From positions 1 to 64,000 of the forward strand of contig NIVC01001704.1 in assembly GCA_002269645.1 (NCBI GenBank): a stretch of DNA of 64,000 bases. The letters run 5' to 3'. This document shows positions 21,302 through 32,390 of this stretch, piece after piece. Every line of letters begins with the position of its first letter. Within the stretch, counting starts at the first letter, position 1. Source of the stretch: Macrostomum lignano (Eukaryota). Made by a program: the position numbers and the translations under genes. The notes below the pieces were generated by a model. The model was given only the letters and a program-made list of their open reading frames with translations, was not told where the DNA came from and made no database searches.

Positions 21302-21984
21302 TTTGCCGACCACGCTAAAAGGTTATTTAGAGGGACCTTGCCAGGATATTCTTGATAGCTGCCCAATTATTATGTCTGGCGCATAATTCAGCAAAAGCTG
21401 ACACAGCACCTAGGTTTATTATTGACTTATTGAATTATTTATAATTTGGACATGCATGTCATTAATTTAGTGGGACAGTGGCCAGTTGACTTTTGAAGTC
21501 ACATTTTCAGCGCCAGTCAATAAAATATTTGTTTAATATTTTGGCCACAGAAACTTTATATTAAAGAGGTACCTCAGAGAGTGCCACACAAGGTGACCAC
21601 AAATTAAGTGGTAAGGCAATATTTCGCGCGAGCCAAATCCACCCCTTTAGTGAGCGCATTGCATGGTTCGGTCGTGGAAGACTCAGGAAAGCTCGAGACT
21701 AACCTATTCAACCATTTTCTTTCTTTAGGCTACATATTACCTGTTCAACCTGTTCTTGGGACTAGCCACCCTGGTATTATTCGTTACCGAATAGCCGGTC
21801 AAAGTGCTCCAAGTAATCTTCAAACTTCCGAACCGAGTGACGTGCACACAAAAGGACCTAAGGTTGCTGTGAGTTATATATATATATATATATATGAGAT
21901 ATTTGTCCCACTATAGCAAAAGAAAAATGAATATTATTATGGCAGTCTATTAAATTTATATTTCAAGACTATATCAGTAAAAGA

Positions 21985-24900
21985 TTGGCCGACGCATTAA
22001 AAATCACGTGGAACAGGAGTGATATAATTGCAGTAGGCGTGGGAAATTCCCAGCTTCAGTTCATAGGAAGAGGTACAATTCACTTAGAGATAGGAGGAAA
22101 ACAGCATATGGTCGAAGTTCAGATCATCAAAGAAATGAATCCAAGCTACGACATAATACTGGGAGTAAACCTTCTAAAGAATATTCCTCCAGTCCAAATA
22201 GATTACGGAAACAGGAAGATAGTGATCCATAAATACGAATACCCGATGGTAGGGTCAGTCGAACAACAGGAATCACACGAAGTGGCACTCCTTGAGAATA
22301 TTAGAATTCCTGCGCAGAGTGTGATGAAAGTACCAGTCAAAATTTTGGCACAAGTGGATCGAGGAACTTTATGGATCGAACCGAATGAATTCAATGCTGA
22401 AAGAAATGGATACGAAATGTGGCCAGTTTTGGTGAACCACAAGGTAGAGCATGATCAAATGGTTCTTCCCATAATGAATCATCGTCAAGAAGAAATTCAG
22501 CTGGTTAGAGGAACGAAGCTTGGTCGAACAAGGGACTTGGTGAAGCAAGCGGCACAGCACGATTATATCTGTACAGAAGAAAAGGAGAGGCTAACCCCAG
22601 AAGAAAAATGGAATCTGATAGAAAAAGGCGAAGATTTGAATCAGCAACAGACAGAAGAACTGCATAGACTTATATTGGAATACTCTGACGTGTTTTCCGG
22701 ACATGATTCGGATATTGGGAAATGGACAGGACCAAGCGTCAAATTGGAGGTTAAACCAGGCCAAGGAATAATCAATCGGAGACCCTATCCTTTGCCAATG
22801 AAGCTAGAATCTGCATATGACGATGAGATCGCTAAATTGCTCAAGGCAAAGGTAATCGAACCGTCGGACTCCTGTTTTTCATCGCCAACGCTTCTTGTGA
22901 AAAGGAAAGATGGCCGCTTCAGATTTATAGTTGACTTTCGACTAGTAAATCGCATGCTCAGGCAACCTGCTCAGAGTCTTCCAAAAATCCAGGACATGAT
23001 GAGCCGACTACAGAACACGAAGTATTTTTGTGTTTTTGACATTAAGGATGCATTCTTTAATATTGGATTGGATGAGGATAGCCGACATCTAACCGCCTTC
23101 ACGACGTATACAGGTTCGCAATATCAATTTACGCGCCTACCACAAGGATTAAATGTTAGTCAGATATATATGTCAAAGGTGACAAATATGTTGGTTGCCG
23201 GTCTCAAAAATACTATCGGATACGTTGATGATCTACTGCTTACAGCGAGCACGTTCGACGAGATGCATAAAGCTTTAAAAGATTTGTTCACGCGACTGCG
23301 CAGTTTGGGACTGAAACTACGAGCGTATCAGCTAAGAAGTCTGCAATTGCCAAGGACAAAGTGCCGTATTTAGGCTTTGTGCTAAGTAAATCTGGCATCG
23401 CGATGCAGCAGGGCCTAAGGACAAAAATAATTGACTTTCCCACACCCAAGAACGAAAAACAGTTGCAAAGATTCTTGGGAGCTGCGACATTTTACCGCAG
23501 ACATGTGAAAAATTTTAGCATGATTTCGGCTCCATTATATCAGCTTCTGCGAAAGAAATCACAGCCAAAGAAATTCACTTGGACAGAAAAGTGTCAAGAG
23601 GCTTTTGATCGTCTGAAGAGATGTTTACAAGAAGACGTCGTGTTAGCTTTTCCAGACGTAAGAAAAGAATATAAACTAGTAACAGATGCATCAGATGTCG
23701 CATTGGGAGCAGTTTTGACGCAAAAGGATGATGAAGGAAGAGAGAGAGTTGTATCCTATTATTCCAAGACATTACAATCGGCAGAAACTCGGTATTCAGT
23801 CACCGAGAGGGAACTACTGGCAGTTGTTTAAGCAGTAAAATTCTTTCACAGGCTACTCTTTGGAGCTCGATTTACGGTGCAAGTCGATCACAAGCCGTTG
23901 CTGACGATAATAAAAGATAGAGGTATTATGGAAACAAACTCACGAGTAACGAGATCAGTTCTGTTTCTTTCTGAATACCAGATGAAGATAACTTACTGTC
24001 CTGGAAGCTCGACGAAGCATGCAATTGCTGATTATTTAAGCCGACTTACACCAGCAGACGTAGACGAAATCAACTTAATACATCCTGTCCCATCGACACA
24101 GAAGATACAGCAAGAACAGAGGAAAGACTCCTCTCTGAGCAAATTGATTAAGGTGATGGAGGGTGGAGACTTACCGAATGGGAAATCGAAAGAGGATAGA
24201 TTTATCAGGAAGAATATTCATCAGTACAGGATGGAAGGAAACACGCTTTATCGGGAAAGCATTACTGGAGTTCAATTGGTTGTTCCAAAAGTGTGTCAGC
24301 TCGCACTGTTACGACATTATCATGAGGATAAATTATCAGGACATCTCGGATGGCAGAAATGTTTGGAGCGCATGGCGCGACATTACTATTGGAATTCAAT
24401 GCGGCAGGACATGCAGAAGTACGTAAGAAGTTGTCACACATGTTTGAGTACAAAGCGGTCGGGGAATTATAAAATTCCATTCAAGGCTCAGATCGAAGGG
24501 GAGCCTTGGGATACGATGTCAATGGATATCACTGGAAAGCTCGTAACGTCAGAAGTTGAAGGACATGAATTTAATTACATATTGACAGTGCAGGATTGCT
24601 TCTCAAAGTTTGCTTTTGCAATTCCGATTCGAAAACCAACAACGGAAGTGCTTGTAAACAAATTGTTCAGTCATATCTTTGCCACCTTCGGAATTCCAAA
24701 AAGAATAATAACAGACAATGGAAGCTACTTCACGAGTGCTCAGATGAAAGAAATGATGGTGATGATTGGCTGTGAGATCGTCTATACAAGCTATTACACT
24801 CCGCATGCGAATGCAGTCGAACTTTACAACAAACTTTTAAAGAATGTTCTGACCACATATATTCATGAAACACAGACGGAATGGGCAAGATACGTGCCAA

Positions 24901-25503
24901 CGGCGACTTTAGCCCTGAACATAAGCTATAATAAAAATCTTCGAACTTCCCCATGAGCTCATTTTTGGCCATGCATACAAGACCCCCACCGAAAGAGTTC
25001 TAAAGGAACAGGTGTCTGTTTATGACGAAGCCCCAAGTTATGTAAAGAAGCTAGCTAGTTCCTTGAAATTGAGTTGGGATGTTGCAGGCCATTTTCTACT
25101 TCAAGAGCGTCTCAAACAAAGTGAGCAAGCGAACAAAGGAAGAAAAGATCATAAATTGTCTGAAGGAGACATCGTATATTTGGAAAAACCTGTGAAGGAC
25201 GGAAAATTCGACACAAATTGTGAAGGCCCCTTTACCGTCAGGAAAGTGATAGGCGATTCCACAGTTGCAATTCAAAGACCGGAAAATGAACAGAACGAGG
25301 AAGCTAGAACAGTAAACGCCAATAGGTTGAAGAGACTATTGTCAGGCCCACCAATAGCAGTTCCACCATTCTCTGAAGAAACCAATGGCAACACAACACA
25401 TGATGCGCATAAAATCAGATTGCACAAATCCAACGCCACGCAGACAGAAGTAACAGAGGAATCAGCTTGTAAGAGATTCACTTTGCATCCACGCAAGAAC
25501 TAG
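21985..25503 (+). pseudogene. pol: Gypsy pol: partial protease, RT, RNase H and integrase. Frameshift at about 23330, stop at 23829-23831, frameshift at about 24955
   Basis: DIILGVNLL, FIVDFR.VN, YVDDLL, TDASDVALG, DHKPL, H..GH.G...C..C, MDITG, TDNGSYF and AVELYNK. Confidence 0.93.
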
Positions 25504-25507
25504 AACC

Positions 25508-25882
25508 ATGAATATCCTGAACGACTTTGAGCGCCGAGCATGGATCTACCATAGGATCCACTTCTTTCAAAGGTTCTCCCCCCTACTGCCGGGTTATAAG
25601 GAAAGGGTAATACCCATCTTGGAAGATATCCGAACGGAAGCACGTAGACTATACGAACCGGGAGTTTCTGAAGTAGAATTCAGAGAGCCGCCACCGACAC
25701 GGCCGATTGATGTATACAAGACGGAGCTCCGCAATCTCGCTGACGATATGTACGATGACGAATATCGCGAGGGACGCATTATTTGGGAGCTGATAGTTAT
25801 CTGCTGCACCAAACTACTTTCTCTCCTAAGAAACGAGGGTAATGCGAATACTACTGAAGAGGACAGCTCAGAGGACAACTGA
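25508..25882 (+). CDS. Accessory ORF of the Gypsy, unknown function
   Basis: 124-aa ATG ORF starting 4 nt after the pol stop (ACCATG), before the PPT. Confidence 0.55.
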   Translation: MNILNDFERRAWIYHRIHFFQRFSPLLPGYKERVIPILEDIRTEARRLYEPGVSEVEFREPPPTRPIDVYKTELRNLADDMYDDEYREGRIIWELIVICCTKLLSLLRNEGNANTTEEDSSEDN

Positions 25883-26106
25883 AGCTCAAGTTGAGTCGGA
25901 CAACATAAATCGAAGATCGCAGATGGTTTTGAGGTGAGATTGAACGAGCTACATCGCTATATCCAGAATGATAAAAGCTTTACGAGATTAAAATCATTCG
26001 CTCATACTTACAGCTATTTGCTTTCATACTAGTCTCAATGATTTTTTCATCTCCATATTTTACTAAATGAAAATGTGGGGACCACATTTTGAAAAAGGGG
26101 GAGTAA

Positions 26107-27010
26107 TATAAGGATTCAATTTCATATGCATGTAGGCCTTAGGGACTATTTAGGGACTATTTTAGGAAGTAGTATTAGGGACTAAATTAGGCAATAATTA
26201 GGGAATTGCATTGTTATCAGAGCGTGGTGGAGTGTAGCAGTTGTGGACAGCTGCACTCTTACAAAAAGCCACAAGTGCTTGATGACGGCATTGCAAAGGG
26301 CGAGTGCAGGCCGCCCTAAAAGTCTGCTTCCACTTTAGAGGGGTTGTATGCTTTATGTGGGGCGGGGTTCAATTACATTTTTAACAGAGACATTTCAGAA
26401 ATCGCACGAGAAAGGGGAACCGTGAGAATCGGCCGGAATTGCGCGGTGGCTGGAAGACGTGGGAAATGATAACGCAGACAGTTTCACAGGGACTTCATCG
26501 GGGAAATTTATTATAAATAAGCGAGGGGTTAAATGCTAAAAACTTTACCCCTTTTCTCACTCTCTTTTCACTCTCTTTTACACGCCTTGTATTAACTTTT
26601 GGATTGCTTAATAGTTTCTAAATCACGACGACCGCTTCTGCAGACACCTGTGACCGGAGGGTAAGACTGAGCACTGCCATGACTATAGATTTATGAATAG
26701 TGGCGTATCGGTCTCAGACCAGGTAGATATGCGTAATTTATATGTCTATGTATATATATATATATATATATATCTTAGATTAATAGGAGTATTTGAGTAG
26801 CTTAGTTATACCGTAGTGTCTCAGACTTATTCTCCGTGCTTGTATCTCGCTTATTTGCTTATTTACTTATTAATACAAACGTTGAAAATGCAGTAGTAAA
26901 TATAATTATATGGTTGATCGGTAAATAACATCCAAGCATATTCTACCTCGTTTGAATTACTATTAATCATATGTAAGGTTCTTAGTTTGCGGCCAACTAG
27001 GAAACTTATA
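26107..27010 (+). repeat. 3' LTR (TATAAG...CTTATA)
   Basis: Follows the PPT; near-identical to the 5' LTR except in an AT microsatellite. Confidence 0.92.
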
Positions 27011-27519
27011 TTCGGGTGATGCCGCGAAAGACCTCTACCGGCTTTGTGGTCTGAAAAACGAGCGGCAGCAGCTCCCGGCATGTAGAACTGGGTCTCCAGG
27101 CCAGAGTTCGCAGTCCGTTTTCGTGTTTGTTCCACTTTTCTGCCCTGCCGAAGATAATTGCGGCATCCTTGCATTCGAGGGCCTCCTTCGAGACACTTCG
27201 TTGTTGCTAGGCGGCTGTGGGACTAGTCCCTTATATAAGCCTCAGCAAATGGCATGCAGCTGTAGCCCGGATGAAAAAACAACATTCCGCATGCTTTTAC
27301 CAAAATGTCAAAGGGACAACCCGCGCCCAGATTTTTTCAAATTTTGCATGCAATTAGCAAGACGATAATTTTTTCATTTTAATGGCGAATGACAGTTGGT
27401 CTTCTTAGAAATCCTTTAAATAGGAATGGTCTACTAATGGAAAGGGGGATGATAAATGCAGTCAAGACTGAAACAGTTGGTGCCAAGGCTGAAAATGCCA
27501 CTAGGGGAACTGTGTCAGC

Positions 27520-29460
27520 TGTTGTATATATAAAAGTTAGTGGGGTTAAGACGAAGAAGACAGTTGTAGCAAGGGATAAAGATGATGGGGCTGATCGCTC
27601 ATTCCTTCAGAATCAAACAACCGCACGCTCCGTTCGATAACAGCAACTCTATATAAAAGGAGAGGGGATGCAGTCTAACAAATCCAAATTAGCCGCGTTC
27701 CAAAAGAATTTTTGAATATAAAGATAAAAAGATTATTTTTATCCAGCAAAGCTATGGACAAGACGGCTCAACAAAAAGCCTTAGCTGAGCGGTACGTCAA
27801 AGAAGGTGAGCACAGTTATATATTCGACTTTATGTTTAACAAATATCTTTAAACGATCTTACAGTAATGTTTTACATTTCTACCTCTTCCAGCCAAAAAA
27901 ACGGGGTATTTAACAGACCCCACCTGGCTACGAAGGTACGGTCGGAATATATGAAAGAGGAAATGTACGCGTGGAGATCGTTCTGGTGTCGACGAGTACC
28001 GGGAGGGACGGCTATCGGTTAAACATCGACGATGGAAGAAGTGCTGGGATAAAGACAGAGGAGTATTTTGATCTAACGACAGACAATTAACTGAACTGAG
28101 GTTTGATCGGAACATTGAACTTTGATGTAATTTAATAGCATATAATCTTTGAAAAACAACTGATGTACGTACGCTGTTTTATAGTTTCTTGTGTATTTTT
28201 TATCTATAGTAAAACGAGTAAACCGCAAATAAATTTAAAATTCTAAAATTTAAATTTAAATTTCCCAAATAATAATGGGAAAGTTAGCATCGATGGCGAT
28301 AAAGTGTTAAAAATGAAGAATGGGCAAATGACATAGCATCAAGCACACGGAAATTACATTTAAGCATTAAGCTACAATTTAAAATAAATTTAAGCAGTAT
28401 GAAGAGTTACAGAAGATAGGCGGGGTCTGCTGATCGCAGATACAAAAATATTAAAAAAATGTAAAAAAATTTGCACCGTGTTGTTGTTAGTACCGTTCCA
28501 TTGGAAATGCCAATCTAGTAACTATTGCTTACACTGTATTTTCGCAAACTACTCTACTTATGCAATTTAGTAGTATGATGCCAACAATTCATTTTTACAT
28601 GATTTTAGGAACTGAACCTAAAATGATTATTTCGGTCGTCTATACGTTCTTTTTATCACCCTGTCGTACATGTATCTCATCCTGTCTTATCTTACCCTCG
28701 TCTTGTCTTGTAGTTCAATAAATTGTGGTTCCTATCACACCAGAGCCTGGGCAGTGAGGCCTTGCATCCGCTGCGATGGAACGCTATCTAATTCTATTGA
28801 CTCTCCAGTTTGGTTTGGCGACTCTCATCCCTCATTGATACTCTGCAGGGGAATCGCGTGCCATTCGCGTTGAGGGGTCGATCCGTGGGATAGTGCAGAC
28901 CTGTCTCTTGGGTTGGTTGTCCACTTGCTGAGATTGAAGGCGACTGCGGTGGCGTTCTTGATCGAGCCGCGCGCGATGCGCTGATGTTAAAAAGGATGAA
29001 ACAATGAAACAAAACTGGAGAACATGAGTTGAAATATTCACATAGGCAATTTAAACCTACCAAAACTTGTAGCAGCGAACAACCCACGATACTAGCGAAT
29101 AGATGAACACAACAACAACTTTGTTGCTGTTAGCAGTCCGACTGGTTTTTCAGTGCCACTGAATGATGCGGACTGCAACTGGTGCTTTGAAGTGCGACTC
29201 AGCGGCTGTGTAGAGCCATTGAATTTTGACTGGAGTGCCACAATAGCTCGAGTGAGTGCGCGCATCTGGTTAGCCTGGTTCCTTAATGCAATGATAATCT
29301 GTTGTTGAATCATTGTCTTGCTTTAAATGCGATTTTAGCGAAATACTCCTGTCCTACACGGCTACACTCCTAAACTTCTTAACACAGTGATTTAAGCGAT
29401 TTTAAAGAGAGCGAAAGAGGTCTTTCTTATGAGATCGATAACAGGGGACGAAGAATAACA
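27520..29460. repeat. Diverged duplicated block, copy 1 (copy 2 at about 35368-37110)
   Basis: Shared runs such as AAAAGTTAGTGGGGTTAAG, GTCTAACAAATCC, TCAAGCACACGGAAATTA and TTATGAGATCGATAACA in the same order. Confidence 0.85.
27893..28090 (+). pseudogene. Coding exon of an unknown small protein (1-nt shift near 27915)
   Basis: Translates to PKNGVFNRP..PGYEGTVG...VEIVLVSTS.G..GYRLNI...IKTEEYFDLTTDN*, matching 35781-35978 with many synonymous changes. Confidence 0.55.
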
Positions 29461-29554
29461 GCGGGTGTACGCTGGCGCAGGCGAGAGGCAGACTGTTGAA
29501 TAATGTACATTTGTGCTGGGGGCGGGGTGATAGGAAAAGTCGTACGAGCGTAGT

Positions 29555-29911
29555 ATGTCATGTAGCCGCACCTTTACATGTAAGAAATGGTGCCGTATCA
29601 AACCCGACGCCGCGCGATGTTTAAATGTTCACCATATTCGCACCCTAACCGCTATAAGTATCGAGCAGCGACTGGAGTTTTGGCCAGTCCCTCGCTTCAC
29701 TCGACGATCACGTAACGAACTGCTTCTTTACGCACATAACGCTCAAGGCATATTGCGACACATGTTACCTTTTGACATAGAACGTCATCTAAGACAGTTT
29801 TTGCAGGCTCATAACGAGTTTCATTGGACATTGCATATCTATTGTCATGCGTTACAACGGTTAATTAGGTCACGTAGTTATTTTATATGGCTTTTACGAT
29901 CTGACTACTAA
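29555..29911 (+). CDS. Hypothetical 118-aa protein with a weak F-box-like LPxDIxxxLxxFL motif
   Basis: ATG ORF directly upstream of the RING gene; motif match only. Confidence 0.3.
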   Translation: MSCSRTFTCKKWCRIKPDAARCLNVHHIRTLTAISIEQRLEFWPVPRFTRRSRNELLLYAHNAQGILRHMLPFDIERHLRQFLQAHNEFHWTLHIYCHALQRLIRSRSYFIWLLRSDY

Positions 29912-29980
29912 GATATGTGCTGGTTATGTATGCAGGATAGCCCCTGACTATTTTATAATAACAATACGTTTCACCCGCAG

Positions 29981-30616
29981 ATGGCCAAGAACACACCATG
30001 TCCATGCTGCCTCGAGATGCGGGATTTCATGCTCCCGACCTGCGAGTGGGGACACCAAGTGTGTCTCCCCTGCGACACAGCAGCCCGGCAACTAGAAGGC
30101 ACAGTCACGATGGTAACGACGTGTCCAACGTGTCGCAGAGCGAGGGTCACCTGTGCCCTGTGCGGCGAACAGCCCCAGTTCCGGGTTTGTGCGAACCGGC
30201 ACTGGGTCTGTGCTGACTGTCTTCGAAAGTACGGTGCACGCGACATTCAAACGTGCACCGTGTGTATGGAGGCGGTGACACACTCGACAGTCCTTTTGCT
30301 GGCTTCTATGTCAGCAGTGCCTGAGCTGTCGCTCACCAATCCCGACCTCATGACGTTAGAACAGTTGGCGATTGCCGTTCGGTCGTGGCCCTGGCCGCCC
30401 TAGCACCAGGCGTCGTGGCGTACCGTGCTCAACATCGCACGGGACCTGGCGCGTGAGCACTCGGAGCTCACCGCCGTCGACGCCTACCTGTATCTGCTGG
30501 AGCGGACAGAAGACCCTCGCTTCGTCAGGTTTCAGTCGTTGACCTGGGCCGTGGCATGCCTGGCTGCGCGGTCTGCGCAGCAGGTCTCCACCGTGCTCAG
30601 GCTTGGATTCGGCTGA
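29981..30616 (+). pseudogene. Tandem RING-HC (C3HC4 x2) protein with a helical C-terminal domain; in-frame TAG at 30401-30403
   Basis: CPCC..CEWGHQVCLPC..CPTC and CALC..CANRHWVCADC..CTVC. The frame continues past the TAG, and the paralogue at 32133-32390 has a sense codon there. Confidence 0.8.
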
Positions 30617-30827
30617 ACGTCTCGGTAGCACAAACATCGGACAGACGGCGGAGAAAAAGGCCAGCTCCATTTCACTGTTAATAACTTTAGACTAGTACTA
30701 ACCCTTACTGACATATTCAGTGTAAAGTTGACAGTGCTAAATATACTCCCTATATAGAAACTTTACTCATGCATTTTCTGTCATTATTAAAACTCGGGAC
30801 GAGTTTTTTCGTAAAAAAGGGAGATGT

Positions 30828-31858
30828 TGTAGAGTATTATACCCCCCAGAATAATACTTAGACTACTTATATAGTAGTAAAATGAGGAGCATGAATAAGG
30901 AGATGCGCTGAACCATATATATATTTGAATCAACCAATAGAAAGAGAGAAATCTCGAGCATGCGAATTTTAGAAATCACCCAATCTCGTGTGACCCGCGC
31001 TTGTCAGCTTAAACCCCAGGGGAGATGCATCATTCAGCATGCACTCAAGTGAACCAATCAATCAAATTTAACTAAAAATAACTCAAATGCTGTAACCAAT
31101 CATGCGTTTTTACACTAAACCAATGGAGTAACTTTCTAACCTGCCATGTTTGACAGCAAGCAAACCGTGACCCTTTAACAGTTGAGAAGTCGAACTCACG
31201 TGACCTCATGTGGGGTCCGTTTGCCTATAAATACAAGTGGTCCAGAGCGGACCGGAGCCTCAGATTTTGGACTCCAGAAGGAGCAGCTCCGAGGAGGAAG
31301 CCACTAGAGGACTTCCTAGCTAAACTCGCTCGAGTTCTTGCGGTAAGCCTTTCTCATTTGCGCCCGTTGATTGAGACGTCTCACTTGTGTTGGGTTAGAG
31401 TCTGTTGAGACTATTGAGTCTATTGAGACTCCATTGGCAGCAGTCTCCAGAAGGACTACCCTGATAGATCTTGGTAGACTATCAGTGATTACCGGAGCTA
31501 CACCTAGAGTGCATAGAGGCACTGCTAGAAGGAGTAGGCTTGACTTAAACCGCAGTTTTGGCGCAGGGTACCCATTGTTAATACGAAGCTTCCTATTGGT
31601 CCGAACTACAGATACTGGCCGGAACTACTTAACCAGAAGTGAAAGGAACTCGGACCTGGTCTACTAACCCTAGACGACTAGAAGTTGACGAAATCTACAT
31701 CGAGATCTACGCTCGAGGTCGACCCAAGAAGTATCGAGGAAACTACTCCGGAGTTAAGGTAACAGATACCTTCATTTGATTACTGGGTTGCCTAGCTAAA
31801 GAGCTAGAAGTAAGTGTTCTTTGATTACAGATAAAGTCTAGTAATAAGGAACACATCA
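30828..31858 (+). mobile_element. 3' LTR (TGTAGAG...ACACATCA) preceded by a hairpin and PPT
   Basis: AAAAAAGGGAGA just upstream; same termini as the 17170 LTR. Confidence 0.85.
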
Positions 31859-32129
31859 TTGGTCCGAACGACCAACTACTTCAACTACTTCAACCGAAGG
31901 ACTACCAGAGATTCGGACCTGGTCATCAAACCATCGACGTGTACGAAGAAGAAGATTGAGAACTACTCACGGTAGAGATCGACACGAGACCTACCAGAGA
32001 ACAACTAAGGGATATCTCAACTGAAGTCAAGGTAAACAGTACCATTACTGATAACTGGGTTGCCTAGCATCGAGCTAGAAGTGGTGGTTCCTTGATTACA
32101 GAGAAAATCTGGTAATAAGGAACACATCA
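31859..32129 (+). mobile_element. 3' part of another LTR of the same family
   Basis: Starts TTGGTCCG (an internal LTR site) and ends GGAACACATCA. Confidence 0.75.
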
Positions 32130-32132
32130 AGC

Positions 32133-32390
32133 TTGGCCTTCGAGCAGTTGTCCATCGCCGTCCGGTCGTGGCCGTGGCCGCACCGGCATCAGGAGTCGTG
32201 GCGTCACGTCCTTGGCATTGCCAGGAGCCTGGCTCGCGAGCACCCTGGGCTCACGAGTATTGACGCCTACCTGATGATACTCGAGCGCACAGAGGAACCG
32301 CGCTTCACACGCTTTCAGCCGACATTCTGGGCAGTGGTATGTCTGGCTGCGCGCCAGACAACAGCCGTGCTCAGAATCGGTTTCGGCTGA
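32133..32390 (+). pseudogene. 3' fragment of a second RING-gene copy
   Basis: EQLSIAVRSWPWP...LRIGFG* is homologous to about 30358-30616. Confidence 0.85.

Larger units (their letters stand above)
20386..27010 (+). mobile_element. Ty3/Gypsy LTR retrotransposon, defective
   Basis: Paired ~0.9-kb LTRs, PR-RT-RH-IN order and a polypurine tract at about 26091-26103. Confidence 0.95.

Noticed and set aside
21608-21916. ORF as a gag remnant or spliced protease exon (contains DSG; GTGAGT donor at 21869)
   Set aside because: No Gag or zinc-knuckle motif, and the available acceptors are out of phase with pol.
27389-27640. 83-aa ORF and its hydrophobic antisense frame
   Set aside because: No clear start in the antisense frame, no motif, and the second copy is truncated.
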